Shown in pieces: positions 41,444-54,757 of a stretch of DNA of 64,000 bases. The DNA is from the human T2T-CHM13v2.0 reference genome, Homo sapiens: assembly GCF_009914755.1 (NCBI RefSeq), contig NC_060930.1, one strand, 5' to 3'. The notes below the pieces were generated by a model. The model searched no databases. It was not told the DNA's origin and saw only the letters and a program-made list of their open reading frames with translations. Position numbers and translations under genes: made by a program. Position 1 is the stretch's first letter. Every line of letters begins with the position of its first letter.

Positions 41444-44113
41444 GTACATAAGTGTATACGTTCTTATCAATGATCCATTAAAGAATGTCTGCTTTTTCTT
41501 TTCTGGGAGTTGTACAGATATTTTATGAGAGGTTGGACTAATTGCCCTCTATAATGCACCCTCAAAATTTGGAATGATCCTGAACATTCTTGACTTTTAT
41601 GAAATAATCTTGTAACTCAATGAGATTATATGATTATTTGAAATACATTATTTGAAATACATTTGTTCTGGAACCCTTCAATACATCTTCCTTGTCCCCA
41701 GAATGCACTTCCACTTAAAAAAAATTTGTTTATTTATGTATTGTGTTCTTGGTGAATCCCTCTGAACTATTTTCCAAATTTCTAATTTTATGCTTTTTCC
41801 TGTTCAGTCTATTAAGTTTTTAGAATTTTCTATTATTACATTTTTCCTTTCCAAGATTTTTAATTCATTCTTTTTTGTGGCCAATCTTTTTTTTTCATTT
41901 TTTCATTAAAAATTTTCTGTCCCTTTTGTAGATTCTTAGATCTACAGTCTTAAATCTATATATATTCCCAGATCTGTAGGTTTCAAATCTATAGATTTAT
42001 AGATGTCTTCGCTTATCTCTTTGAGCATTTTAAACATAATTATTTAAACATTTTTCATTAGGGAAAATTTTAAACACATACAAAAGTAAAGATCTCCTTG
42101 CTCTAGCATTTATCAACTCATGGCCAATATTATTTTATCTATACTATCTTTATCTATACTTCAACAACTCCAAATTAAACATAAAGATGTTTTCAGAATC
42201 TTCTTTAAGATTAATTTCACCTGGACTGAATTTTTGCTGTGATTGTTTTTTATGTTGGCTATCCTCTGAGCCTTAGATTTTTTTCATGGGTTTTGTAATT
42301 TTTATTGGGGTGGCTGGGAGGACTCATTTTGAATGGGCAGGATTTCAAAAATTCTGGCTTATATAATGTGTTAAAATTGTCTCTGTCCGTTTGTGTCTTC
42401 GTTTTCCTTGTCTAGTGGCTTTGTGGTTGCCTCCTACACTGTCCATGTCCCCTCAGCCCCAAGTTGAGAGCCAGGTGTTGTAATAGCGGTCTCCTTCCTC
42501 TACTGTGCTGTGGTGTGATGATCCAGGAATGTGCTGACCTATTTCAGGTCCTGGTTGTGGGGCTGGTTTTGTGTCACCCCATCCCCCAGGTCCACAGTTC
42601 CATTAAATCTAGTTGCCTAGATGGCAGCTAGAGGCAGTGTTTTCAGCCTCCTTCCATGAATGGAGGGCTTTAGACCCCAGCCCAGGTACTCCTTTTCCTA
42701 TAGATCATTTTTACTCTTCTTCACCCCATGGGAACCAAAGGCCTGGCCCCAGTGTCCAGGCCTCAGGCCTGTGTTTCAGCTCCACCAACTGGTTTGCATA
42801 GCTTTTCCACTTTTGGTTCATGGATATGTTTGTCTTTTTTTTAAGTCTGGCTCTGTTTGCTTTTTTACTTACTTTAAAAAAATTATTTTATCCATTATTC
42901 TATGTTTTTGGAGTTGAGAAAATGCACCATGTGACCAGAAATCTCCCAAATATATGGTTTGGGTTTTCTGCCTTCCCCTACCTCTTTTTAACAACATGTG
43001 TGCACAAAAAGCTTTTCTTTCAAAGCATTTTTGTCCTATTTGTAAATATCACTAAGAAACAAAGAGGTAGAAACACTTTGGTGACCATCTCCTTCTTATA
43101 AGTAGGTTTTTATACTTAATAATATAGCCATTCGTAGGCTGTGCTTTATTATACAATTTCAAGTAATTCCAGGCTTCTGTTAATGACTCTTGGTACACAA
43201 AACAGAGTCTTGGTACTGTCTACCCCAGATACATGTAGTTGCTCAGCCACACATGCTGTACCATTAGCCAAATTAGATTCCTGCTGTTACTGGACTCACT
43301 GCCTCTAAAGGAAGGCTTCCCTTCAGTACAGAATTTCCTCTTCCTCCCAGAGAGTCTCTGCTGGAATCTCACCTCCTCCTCTACGAAGCTGTTCCTCCTC
43401 AGCACAGACCTCCCTCCTCAGAAATCACCATGGTTCACATCATTCTTAGGACATTTATTACACAGTAATTTGTGTTAAGATCATTTGTGGAAACATCTCA
43501 CACCTTTAAATTCTTTTTCATCTCTGTGATTCTAACTATGAACACACATTGAGGCATTGTGGGGAAAATATGTTACTTTTATTTTCTTTCGTGAGTCTTT
43601 CTTATTAAGTATTCTCAAAAAAAAAATATAGAAAAACCCATAAGAAAAAAACAACTGATGCTTAAGCAAATGAGATATTCATATTAGGACCAGAACAGGC
43701 AGAAATATAGTAATATCTATATGTTACTTGAAAGAGTTCAAAAGACTCTTATGTATATTCTCATTTGAATCTCATAGCTAATCTCTGGGATAAACAGGGC
43801 AGCTGTGATTATCCCCATTTTAGCCAAAAGTTCGAATTGAAAACATAATCTGAAAAATGATGATTTAAGTTCCATTGTTTCATGTATGTGGTACAGAAAA
43901 ATAATTAGTAGTCGGCGATTAGTAAATAATTAGTAAGGCTCTAGTGTCAAGTTGCAACACAATGATCTGAAGCCTTTTCTTGGCTGTAAAATGACTAAAT
44001 GAACTGGGTGACTTACAGGTCCCTTTCAAGCAAAAAAAAAATTCTATGATTTGATGATGCACTTAATTTGTAGTTGAAAACATCATGACATATACTTTGC
44101 TTTTCCTTCAAAG

Positions 44114-44313
44114 GATATTTGCATATCTGCCATTAAGGAGAAGGATATCGAAGCCAAGCTGACTCAGGTGATTGAGAATTGGACCAACCAAAATCTGAGT
44201 TTTGCAGCATTTAAGGGAAAAGGAGAGCTCCTGCTCAAAGGAACCGAATCGGGAGAAATTATCACTTTGATGGAGGATAGTTTAATGGTCTTAGGGTCTT
44301 TACTCAGCAACAG
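44114..44313 (+). CDS. DNAH8: exon, 200 nt, [16 protein letters not shown]...SLLSN(R)
   Basis: ccttcaaag| acceptor, cag|gtaatt donor, phase 0 to 2. Confidence 0.93.
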
Positions 44314-44549
44314 GTAATTTTATAATTTGAGAGAGAGATTTAAATGGGATATTTAGGGTTATAAAATTCTAAGTAAAAGCTCAGTTTTAAAGCTCTTTCA
44401 TTGGATGGATTCTGCACTAAATTTGGTATTATCTTGTCTGTTCCTATACAAACTGCCCGTTTTCCCTAATAATCATGGCCTCCATCTCTTCTTTAATGGT
44501 ACTCATCTCCCCTTCCCTATTTTTCCTGGTGGGCCCCATCCTAATTATT

Positions 44550-46250
44550 CCTCCCCAGACTGGCATCTTGTCCTCTGAAGGTCTTGGCTCCCCACTGAGA
44601 TGACCTCTTCATTTCATCTTTTCTCTCCTTTGTTCCTCTGATTTGACATCATTGACCTCTTGGCTAATCCTGTTCAAACATTCACCCAATGGCCCGGGAA
44701 AAGCCTGCTGGCCACCCGTGAGAGCAATCTACCACTACAGCAATCTACCCATTAGGGGCTTGGCACTTACTTAGAGACTTTCATTTTTTATGGTGAAAAG
44801 AGCCTGAGACCATTATGGCCTGAATGAGGTCACCTGTTCATCATTGAACTACGAACCAGCTTGGAGGTGCCTATGATCTTGAGTGCAGCTTTAGGAAATT
44901 CCTGTAGGACTCAGATTAAATATTCTGTCAGGTCTTTGGCACTGGCAACCTCTATTCCTCTGGCCGACTGTGCAGTAGTTCTCAACTATTCTTCACCTGA
45001 ACACACCTAAGAAATAGCTAATATCCCTTTTCCACGTTGGGATCACTGGTTAGTGAGTTGCATGCTGCATGACCTCTGGCTCCAGGGGCAGTCTTGTATT
45101 TGCATAATGACAAAGCTGCCAGTCCAGGGAGTTCTGGGTTGAATATATAAAGGTCAAGGTCCTCGGATGCATCCTCTGTGTTCAGAGAATCCTGGCAAAG
45201 ATGACCATAGGATATTCAGTACTTCCTAGACTTCATGGGCAACTGCTGCCCTATGGTTCATTGCAAATTTTGCCCATCTGACTTCCTGGATGATGACCTC
45301 TTGATGAAGGGCTGTAGATTCACCTGGGCAGTGTCTGCAGCCAAGAAATTCAGGATTTGAAGGCTTTCTTCAATTCATACTTACTTGGACATAACCTGAT
45401 GAGTAAAATACCTATTTGTGTTATTAGTAAACTCAATGTTTACAAACTTCTAGGCCCTGCCAGAAAGAGTATAAGGATAGCTAAGAAGTCATCAAATTCT
45501 GGGAGATTCTCTTCCTAGAGAACTTTGCAGTGCCAAGTAGGTCTGGAAAGCCTGTTCCAGAACTAACCACAGACTGACCTAGTAGTGAGTCATACCTGCT
45601 GGATCCCTAGGACTACTTTGATGTGACTTCAGAAGGAAGCTGTATGTCTCCTTCGGTAAGACTTGACTGTAGGTATTGCCTGGATTGTGACACTTCCCTG
45701 GTGGATCCCTGATTCCATGGGACTTCATGGGCCATGGTGGGTTTGACCACACAAAGTTGTACAATGCAGGTATCTAGCCAAAGGACAGAAACTAGCTATG
45801 CTCGATTTTATTTCAGATCTCCCTTTTCCATCTTTAGAAGTTATACACCATCAAGGATGACTCTTTTTTTTCTGTGCAGAACAATTTTGGCCTATCTAGT
45901 TGCTTCATCTCCCTAAATGCCTGCCCATGCCATGTTGGTTTACATGTCCTTATTTGGAAGATGTTTTTGGCATATTGACTGCCTTTCAGCTCTCGACCAG
46001 TGGCCAGGGAAACAGCATAAACTGAGTATTGGGAAAAATGCTTCTTACTGCCTGAACAACTGGATTACCTACCTCCTTAGAGCAATTTATGTACAACTCC
46101 ATTTATAACTTCATGTATAACATAGGCTTTCAGGGAAATTATGAGTTGTATTCAGGCATCAGACCGTACCCAGAAAAAACCCCATTCTACATGTGAATCA
46201 CTCTGTCCTAGATCAGAAGAAGTTTGAAGATCCTAGTCAACAAGTGCCAC
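44550..46250 (+). mobile_element. Highly decayed Ty3/Gypsy-type LTR retrotransposon internal (pol: RT and integrase) relic
   Basis: Colinear degenerate motifs across frameshifts: IYPL, LFIIELR..GAY, FGTGN, GQGPRMHP, DIQYFLDF..WFIANFA, LMKGCRFTW, KLYV, SM-DFM..VGL, LHLP, TAFQLSTSGQGNSIN*VLGKML, YCLNNW. Confidence 0.7.
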
Positions 46251-47192
46251 TCACCAGCAAATGTCACTGCACCACATTGAAACTGCTTGCCCTTGCTACA
46301 CACTGCAGTCGGCTTCTTGCTCTAACTGTAGGTAGTTGGGGTTTTTACCCAGTAGCCTCCCATTGCTTCCTCCATGGCATCCATTCTATTTCTTGTCCTC
46401 CTTTGTTGTGCTCAGCTTTCTGGACCCCTTGTATTCTCATAAACACTTCAGCAAGCCCTGATGATCAGAAAACAGGAGCCCTGCTATATGGGGGTAGCAA
46501 CCCTGGGTCTCTAGCTCTGCAGAATCTAGTTGTAGTACCTGGTGTAATTCTCTCTCTGTGGGTGGGAAGAGCACACCTGTAAGTGAACATCAGACTTCAA
46601 GCTTGACTCTGGCTGTGCGGTCATCTTCTCCAGGTGAACCTGGTGATACCTAACCCTCTCCTGATCTTTAGGGATCTGATTTGTCCTGTCCCTTTAGAGA
46701 TAGTCTGTCTCTTGCTGGATGAAACCTTCAAGACCATTCATAAAAGGAAAATCCCTGGATAGTGTTCTCTTTTCCTAGATTCAGTAGTTCCACAGACCAG
46801 TAACAGTGTCTCACATGTTACTCTCACAAGCAGACCCCACTTGGATTTGGTTCACAGACTTTTTGGAAAACCATCTTATTCCTTGCTTGGCATTTACTCC
46901 CAGAAGCAACCAGCACAGTTCCTTTGCTGGACCTATGCACCATAAAACTAGGCCCATTCTCCTATTCTATGACTGACACATGGGAACAATAAGTAAAATC
47001 ACTGCAGTTATATGAGTTTTATTCATGAAAAGCAACAGTTTTTATTAGCTGTATGATATCTATTAGGAACTGCCCTTTAAGGACAAAACATTCATTCCCA
47101 AAGTAATATTTCTTCTGGAATTTACTTCGGTAAGGCCATACTATTTTCTGAATCTTCTTTGAAATGTGATTTTTTCCGTTCTTACCTTTTAG

Positions 47193-47346
47193 ATACAATG
47201 CTCCATTTAAAAAAAATATCCAGAATTGGGTGTATAAATTGTCCACTTCCTCAGATATAATTGAAGAGTGGCTCGTAGTACAGAACCTTTGGGTTTATCT
47301 TGAAGCCGTCTTTGTAGGTGGAGATATTGCCAAACAGCTGCCTCAG
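47193..47346 (+). CDS. DNAH8: exon, 154 nt, [12 protein letters not shown]...[19 protein letters not shown]
   Basis: ccttttag| acceptor, cag|gtaaat donor, phase 2 to 0. Confidence 0.94.
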
Positions 47347-47448
47347 GTAAATATGGCTTTTGTAATTACTGATAAAATAATTTGGTGTATGTTGTCTATA
47401 TGTCTCTGTAAAAGTCTTCACAAAGACATATGGTCAAGGCTTGACTAT

Positions 47449-47667
47449 GATGGGGTTTGGCAAACTATGGCCCACTTGCCTGTTTTTGTAAATAAAGTTT
47501 TATTGGAACACAACCACATCCATTCTTTTATATATTGTCTGTGGCTGCTGTAGCACCACAACAGCAGAGTTGAGTAGTTATAACTGAGATTATACGGCCC
47601 AAAAAGTCTAAAATCTTTACTATCTGGCCCTTCACAGAAAAAGTTTTTTAGGAAGTGCTGACCTCTG
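47449..47667. mobile_element. MER58A hAT-Charlie element
   Basis: ggcaaactatggccc..cctgtttttgtaaataaagttttattggaacac...tactatctggcccttcacagaaaaagttt. Confidence 0.88.
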
Positions 47668-48796
47668 ATTAGCAGAAAGAAGAAACTTACATAGTTTTAA
47701 ACAGTGAATAATCTCGAGGTTGTTTGAGGATGTGAGGTACATTCAAATGCAGTACTATTATAGTAGTTCATGTCTTCTAAGAGTTAACCTCATAATATTC
47801 CTCTGAGAATAATATTAAAATTAATCTATATTCTGTAAGCACAGATCAACTTTAGTTAATTATTACTAAGTCTACTACTAGCAGATCAGAACATGCTGTG
47901 GAGCAAGAAAACAGCCTTGGGAGGCTGTAACAAAACCTTTAAAACAGCTCTATTGGGGCCTTTTAAATAAATGCCAATAACTGTAATAACTGATAGGTTT
48001 AGTCGATGAAGGTAACTTTGCTATTAGAAAATTAAGCCTGATCTTCCTAAACTTCTGTATTTACAAGCAAGATCTATATAGGTTAAAAATCAAGGATAAA
48101 AGAGGTTTTTTTTTTGCTTTTTTTTTTTTTGAAAATGGCCGATTTCCTTTGTACTAATAGCACATTTTTAAAACATTAAACTGAAATGTATCATTTTTGT
48201 TTTTTAATCAGAAGTCTGTATTTTTAAAAGAGGAAAGATTATGCCAATTGCTAGAGGCATTTTTGCAGCTAAGTACAAAGCTTAATATCATTCATAGTAA
48301 ATAGAAAATTTTCACTTGCGAAAATGTAAATGAAACTTTGTTTTGTGGCTTTACTGTCTTTTTTCTTTTTTTCCCCGCCTTGGGGTACTATTGAGCTGTA
48401 ATTATTCCAAGGATCCTGAGATCAAATTATTTTCATGCTTCTTCAGTTTGCTCCTCAAACCAAAACACCTGGGGTGCTGAAACACTAGATTGGAACTTTA
48501 AGTTGATAGCTCTGCAAATTAATCATGTGGTACTTTGAAAAACATGTTAAATGCAATGAAACAAATAAGCAATAAGCCTCATTGTGATAAAGAAGCATTT
48601 TAATATGCAGTTTTATAACTTTGGGTTTGTGTCGCTCAGAATTAATTCAAATGAAAAAAAAATTGTCTGTTTAAATTATGCAGCCTGAGACTAATAGAGG
48701 CTGGTTTGAAGAACTATAGAAAATTCCAAGGTGAAGACTTTGCTTTTTTTCAATTATCCAAATGCTAATCTTTACTGGCTATGGATGCATTTTCAG

Positions 48797-48960
48797 GAAG
48801 CAAAACGTTTTCAGAATATTGACAAGTCTTGGATAAAAATAATGCAGCGAGCTCATGAGAATCCCAATGTGATTAATTGCTGTGTTGGAGATGAAACCAT
48901 GGGACAACTTTTACCTCATTTACATGAGCAGTTGGAAGTATGTCAGAAGTCACTCACAGG
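48797..48960 (+). CDS. DNAH8: exon, 164 nt, [12 protein letters not shown]...CQKSLT(G)
   Basis: attttcag| acceptor, agg|gtaaga donor, phase 0 to 2. Confidence 0.94.
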
Positions 48961-49146
48961 GTAAGAGTTTAATTTTTAAATCACATATCATTTTGTATGT
49001 GACAGTGTTTTATCCCAAACTTACTAGTATTGACTACATTTCTGGTTTGGTAGTGATGGTTAAAGTGGGGCTAGGAACTTAAAATTTCACATAGATTGAA
49101 CTTTTCTGTGAGGAAGACACCTTTGACTTGGGGGTGGTTAAGGCAT

Positions 49147-49557
49147 TGTATTAGTTTCGTCAGGCTGCTATAACAAATTTCCACAGACAGTTGGCTTAAA
49201 GCAACAGAAATTCATTCTCACAGTTGTGGAGACAAGAAGTCTGAAATCAAGGTGTTGGCTCCCTCTGAAGGCTCTAAGAGAGGATCCTCCCTTGCCTCTT
49301 TTGGCTTCTGGTGGCTCTAGGAGTTTCTTGGTTCATGCCTTCATAACTCCAATCTCTGTCTCTGTCTTCACTTGGCCTTCTTCTCCTCTTCCTGTGTGTC
49401 TCTTATGACGACATTTGTCACTGGATTCAGGGCTCTTCAAGATCCTTAACTTCACTCCCTCTGCAAAAGCCCTTTTTCCAAATAAGGTCATGCTTCAGGA
49501 TTTCAGGGAATAGGACCTGGACATGTCTTTTTGAGGGCTAAAATTCAAGCCACTGCA
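49147..49557 (-). mobile_element. MaLR LTR (MLT1B/C-like)
   Basis: tgtattagttt..ggctgctataacaaa...ttcaagccactgca. Confidence 0.85.
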
Positions 49558-49698
49558 GGCGTAGAATAGAAATGTGCACTAAGAGAACAACTCACCAAAC
49601 TCAAATATCATTTTTATTTTATTTTATTTTTACTGTCACAAGAGGATGGTGTCAGGATAATTTTTTTAAGGCAGTTCATTTTCAATCTCTATTTGAAA

Positions 49699-49818
49699 TA
49701 GGGTGATAATACATCCTGGTTTGTCCAAGTTTATGCGTCTGTCCTGGCTTAATGGTTAGTTGTCCTCCCTTTCACTCTCAAAATGTGTTGGTTTGGAGTT
49801 ACGGTTTGTGCTCCCCCT
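49699..49818. mobile_element. MER94 hAT-Blackjack element
   Basis: tagggtga...ccctttcactctcaaaatgtg. Confidence 0.7.
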
Positions 49819-50115
49819 GGGTTTAAGCCATGAGCTTTCCAGCAGTCTCAGAAAGGTCATAGGAGGGCATCTGATGAGAAAGGAGAGGACAGCAGATGAT
49901 GGGGCAGCCTTGCTCTGAATCTCTTGTTTTCCCAAGTGTCATCCATGGTGGAGCATGGACTTTGGTTTTCACCAAACATTGCAGGGGTAGGTGATAAGTG
50001 ACTTTAGGTGTTTGCTATTATCTTAGCAAAGATGTTAGTGATTATGTCTTGACTAAAAAAATAATAATTTAGGGGAAAAAAAACCACTTGGTAACATACT
50101 GTCGACTTTATTTGA

Positions 50116-50223
<108 letters not shown>

Positions 50224-50419
50224 TAATCTAAGAATCTGTGATCTAACTTGCTTTTCCCACGACATACACAATGAAGAATAAAAGTGAAGTTAAAATCTTA
50301 AAAATGCAGGCAGGAAAGAAGAGTATTACAAATTACATTGATCATAAAATTTCATATTTTCTGTGTATTTGGAGCCTGTCATCCTGATGCAGTCCAGCAG
50401 TGTTAAGTGACTATGCACT

Positions 50420-50605
50420 GACTATGCCATTCCTAGCTGTGTGATCTTGGCAGGCTTCCTAATTTCCCCATCCCTCAATTCCATATCTGTAAAATCAGGA
50501 TATTAATGGTTCTCACCTCACAGGACTGTCATGAGGATTATATGAGATCATGCATAGCAGAGTCTCTAGCACACAGTATGTGTTTATTAAATCGAATTTA
50601 TCATT
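50420..50605 (+). mobile_element. MIR
   Basis: tagctgtgtgatcttgg...cctcaattccatatctgtaaaat. Confidence 0.75.
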
Positions 50606-51239
50606 ATGAGTATTTTATTCTAAATATTCTTAGACCAAATAGGGATTATATTTTGGATTTGTCCTTTTTTCCTTCCTCAATACTTCTCAAATGCTTTTAG
50701 CCATTTCCTAGAGCAATACTTTGGAAGAGGAAAAGAAAAACCGTAGCAAACTGAGAGTGGGAGGCACAGAAGGTCCCATCCCAGGGCCAATTCTGGTCTG
50801 GGGATCTGGGAAACGGCTAATGTAGTTTCCTTGTTGGTTTCCAGGGACTTGTAACAATGAGAAAAGAGAATAGAAAGGCTCTGTGAAAGGTGGAGGTAGA
50901 GCTAGGAGAGATGGCAGGACTGAGCTGTATCTGTCGGGGGAGGAGGGGGGAGGCGGTGTGGTCCAGTCCCCATCTGGTGGAAGGTGACAGTCCTTAGTCT
51001 AATCTGCATAGCATGGGAGGGGCCATTTGCAGGACTTGGAGAAAACATTCCTCTGGCCTTGATTTTAAAAAGTAGACCTCCAAGCCAGTTAAGGGTCAAA
51101 GCAGAGTCTCTCTCTATTTTTTGAGACAATAAAGTAAATACTTAACCTTTTAAAAAGATACAAAATATTAAGGCTTTTAAAAACATCTCAGCGGCTTTTG
51201 TGTCCAGCCTCATGTGTGACGTTTTCCTCTGTCTTACAG

Positions 51240-51344
51240 CCGCATCTCCCTGCAGTATCTGACAACATCAATGAGGTGACATTTCATGCAAAAGACTATG
51301 ATCGCATCATGGCCGTCATATCAAGAGAAGGAGAAAAAATTGTT
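51240..51344 (+). CDS. DNAH8: exon, 105 nt, PHLPAVSDNI...REGEKIV
   Basis: gtcttacag| acceptor, gtt|gtaatt donor, phase 0 to 0. Confidence 0.9.
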
Positions 51345-51731
51345 GTAATTTACCTTGCTTTAAATTTTTTTATTAGAATTTCTTTAAAAACTTAGGTTGA
51401 GGAGAATACAGTTCTCTTACAGAAAAAAACAGGAGGAGAGGGAGTTCTCATTCTACAGCCCTGGGCTTTGTTAAAAACTAGTTTAGATAAATCCTTTAAC
51501 TTCTCTGAGACTCATTTTGTAATTTATAAAGTGAAAGTTTTGGACTAGGTGATCTGTGTAGTTCCTTCCAGCTATAGTATTAGGTGATTTTACCCATATT
51601 TAAAATATTTTGTATAAAATATGAAACTGTTTGCTTGGCATAGGGCACTATGATTTATTAAGTGTGCATGGAACGTCTGTAAAAATGCCAAATTATTATC
51701 AATTTATAATATCCTTGTAATTTTGTTTTAG

Positions 51732-51893
51732 TTGGATAATTCTGTTATGGCCAAAGGTCCTGTGGAGATTTGGCTACTGGATTTGTTAAAAATGCAGATG
51801 TCATCATTACATAATATAATTAGATCCGCTTTCTATCAAATCAGTGATTCAGGATTTCAACTCTTACCATTCCTCAGCCACTTTCCAGCACAG
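51732..51893 (+). CDS. DNAH8: exon, 162 nt, LDNSVMAKGPVEIWL...FPAQ
   Basis: tgttttag| acceptor, cag|gtgaga donor, phase 0 to 0. Confidence 0.93.
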
Positions 51894-52193
51894 GTGAGAA
51901 TACACAATGCTTAAGTAATGGTGAAAAGAAATGGAAATAAAGGGGAAGGATGCTTAGCAGGTGGTTGACCTGATGGTGTGAGGCAATTGTAGCTTTGAAT
52001 TAGGTTAGAGTGGCCTACTCACACTCATTTTAGCCTCAGCTCCCAACCACCTGCTTGTCAACCTACACCATTCTAGACCAACCCATCCCATGTCCCAGAG
52101 GAGGATATGCCACTATTTTCCCATCATGGAGGATACATACATTGAGTCTAATAGATACATATGTAAGCGTGTGTGTGTGTGTGTATTTGTATA

Positions 52194-52558
52194 CAGAAAC
52201 TCCTCGACTTATGATGGGATTATCTCCCAACAAACTCATCATAGTTGAAAATATCATTAACCAAAAATGCATTTAATGCATCTAACCTACCAATCATAAG
52301 CTTGGTCTAGTATGTCTTAAAGATGCTCAGAACACTTACATTAGCCTACAGTTAGGCAAAATCTTCTAACACCAAGCCTATTTTATAATAAAGTGTTGAT
52401 TGTCTCATATAATTTATTGACTACTACACTGAAAGTGAAAAACAGAATGGTTGTGTGGGTACTCAAAGTACAGTTTCTACTAAATGCATATTGCTTTTGC
52501 ACTGTCGTAAAGTAAAAAAAATTTTTAAGTTGTACCATTGAAAGTTGGGGACCATCTG
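52194..52558. mobile_element. MER47A (Tigger-family TcMar) element
   Basis: cagaaactcctcgacttatgatggg...aagttggggaccatctg. Confidence 0.85.
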
Positions 52559-53365
52559 TGTGTAAGTGCACGTGTGTGTGTGTGTATATATATATGTATA
52601 TATATACACCAATTCATAGATATGATGTGGATATAGATATGGATATATGTAAAGGGAATGAGCATACCTTTTCTTGAAATGAAATCCATCTTGTCTTTAA
52701 TTTTCCCTTCAAGCAATTAAAAATGGACATAAATTGTTGAGAGGCTTTTTCATGCAACTAATGTTTAGAAAGTGAAGACCTCAGAGAGGCCAAGATTGGA
52801 GCAGGTACCAATGGTTTCATTACACTTTCATTCAAGAGAAATGAAAAGTGATGATTTGTGATCTGGCCAGAGAGAGCATGGGATAAAAGGCAAGAGATAT
52901 CCAAGGAAAACGTAGGCAATTTTTGCCCAAATGGTATTTCTTCTCCAACTACTCCTCCCAACCTGAGCTCCAAATCCTGAATTAGTGCACACAAAATGAA
53001 GACAGCTGAAATGATGTATCATTTATTCAAACCACAGAAGGACAGAGATATAATCAACCTTTATTGGAGAGAATAATATTGTGATTTTTATATTATATAA
53101 TACCCTGGGAAACTTTAGTATTCTTATTAGCATTATTACCTTTGTGATAAAGCTTATAAAATACTTTGTTAAATTGAGAAAAGAGTTCCTGAAACTAAAT
53201 CCACGTATTTTCTTTCTCCAGACCCTGTATATCCTGAAGGAGAGGCTTGGCCTAAATTAGGCTGAGGATTTAGCATTAAGTAGAGAGTTGAGAGCAAGTT
53301 CCAAACAGTGGTGAAGTTGAACAGGATGTAGTAGGAAAGATGACTAGTTTTCAGGATTTTCTCTA

Positions 53366-53636
53366 GTGTATGTGTGTATATATATATGAACATATATACA
53401 CATATGTATAAAATACTTTGTATTTAATATATATACATATATACATAAATACAAAGTATTTTTACAATGTATATAATACATATTTTACAAAGTATTTTAT
53501 ACAATGTATATAATACTATATATATAATACAAAGTATTATATACATATATACATATGTGTATATATGAATATATTCACATAAGTATATATGAATATATTC
53601 ATGTATGTGTATATATACATGTATACACATATATTA
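53366..53636. repeat. degenerate (TA)n/(TG)n low-complexity tract
   Basis: direct reading. Confidence 0.9.
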
Positions 53637-53819
53637 AATTTTTTAAGGCATTTTTTCAAATGACTGAAATCTCTAACTATCAAGTTAATTTAACATTTTT
53701 ATCTGAAATTGTTTAAAATTCCACTTCTGCTTTCTTTTAAAACATGTTTTAATTGTTTGAATGCCATGGATCCTTGCTGCAAAATTTTGGAAAATGCAAA
53801 AAATATAAAAGTGGAATAC

Positions 53820-53930
53820 ATAGGTGATGGGTTGATAGGTGCAGCAAACCACCATGGCACACGTTTACCTATGTAAGAAACCTGCACGTTCTGCACGTGT
53901 ATTCCGAAACTTAAATAAAATAAAAATAAA
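53820..53930 (+). mobile_element. very short 5'-truncated L1PA insertion with TSD ataaaagtggaa
   Basis: gggttgataggtgcagcaaaccaccatggcacacgtttacctatgtaa plus A-rich tail. Confidence 0.88.
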
Positions 53931-54049
53931 ATAAAAGTGGAAATAAGAATTTCCCATATTTCTACCACCTGGAAATTATGACTATTAATATTTTAGTGTA
54001 TTCCCTTCCAATACGTTATTTATGTATTTATTGCTGTTTTCTCCTTTGT

Positions 54050-54757
54050 TCTTTTTTTAAATTGACATATAACAATTGTACATATTTATGGGGTGCATAG
54101 TGATGTTTTGATGTGTATAATATGTCTTGTGATCAGATGAGAGTAATTAGCATATCCATCATCTCAAACATCATTTCTTTGTGTTGGGAACATTCAATAT
54201 CCTCCTTCTCGCTATTTGAAACTATAGGTTATTCTTAACTATAGTTATCCTACAGTGGTATAGAACAAGGGTCCCCAACCACCCCCACCCGGCCCGGCCA
54301 CAAACCGGTACCGGTTCATGGGCTATTAGAAACTGGGTCGCACAGCAGGAGGTAAGCGGCGGGCAAGTGAGCATGACTGCCTGTGCTCCACCTCCTGTCA
54401 GATCAACGGCGGCATGAGATTCTCAGAGGAGGGCGAACCCTATTGTGAACTGAACTGTGCATTTGAGGGATCAAGGTTGTGCGCTGCTTATGTGAATCTA
54501 AAGCATCCTGCGACCCCCGTCCATGGAAAAATTGTCTTCCATGAAACCAGTCCCTGGTGCCAAAAAGGCTGGGGACCACTGGTATAGATCACTAACACTT
54601 AGTCCTCCTACCTGGCTATAATTTTGTGTCCTTTAGCAAATCCATCCCTATCCTCTTCTCCTTACCCTTCCCAGCCTCTAGTATCCTCCATTCTGCTTTC
54701 ACTTCTCTGAGGTCAGCTTTATTTTAGTTTCCATGTATGTGTGAGAACATGTGGTGC
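54050..54757 (-). mobile_element. L1MA 3' end interrupted by MER1B
   Basis: gtacatatttatggggt...cccttcccagcctctagt...gtgagaacatg. Confidence 0.8.
54266..54581. mobile_element. MER1B hAT-Charlie element with 8-bp TSD
   Basis: caagggtccccaacc...ggggaccactg; TSD gtatagaa / gtatagat. Confidence 0.9.

Noticed and set aside
46193-46582. 129-aa ORF or possible chromodomain after the Gypsy integrase relic
   Set aside because: Only a faint SVLDQKK resemblance; insufficient support
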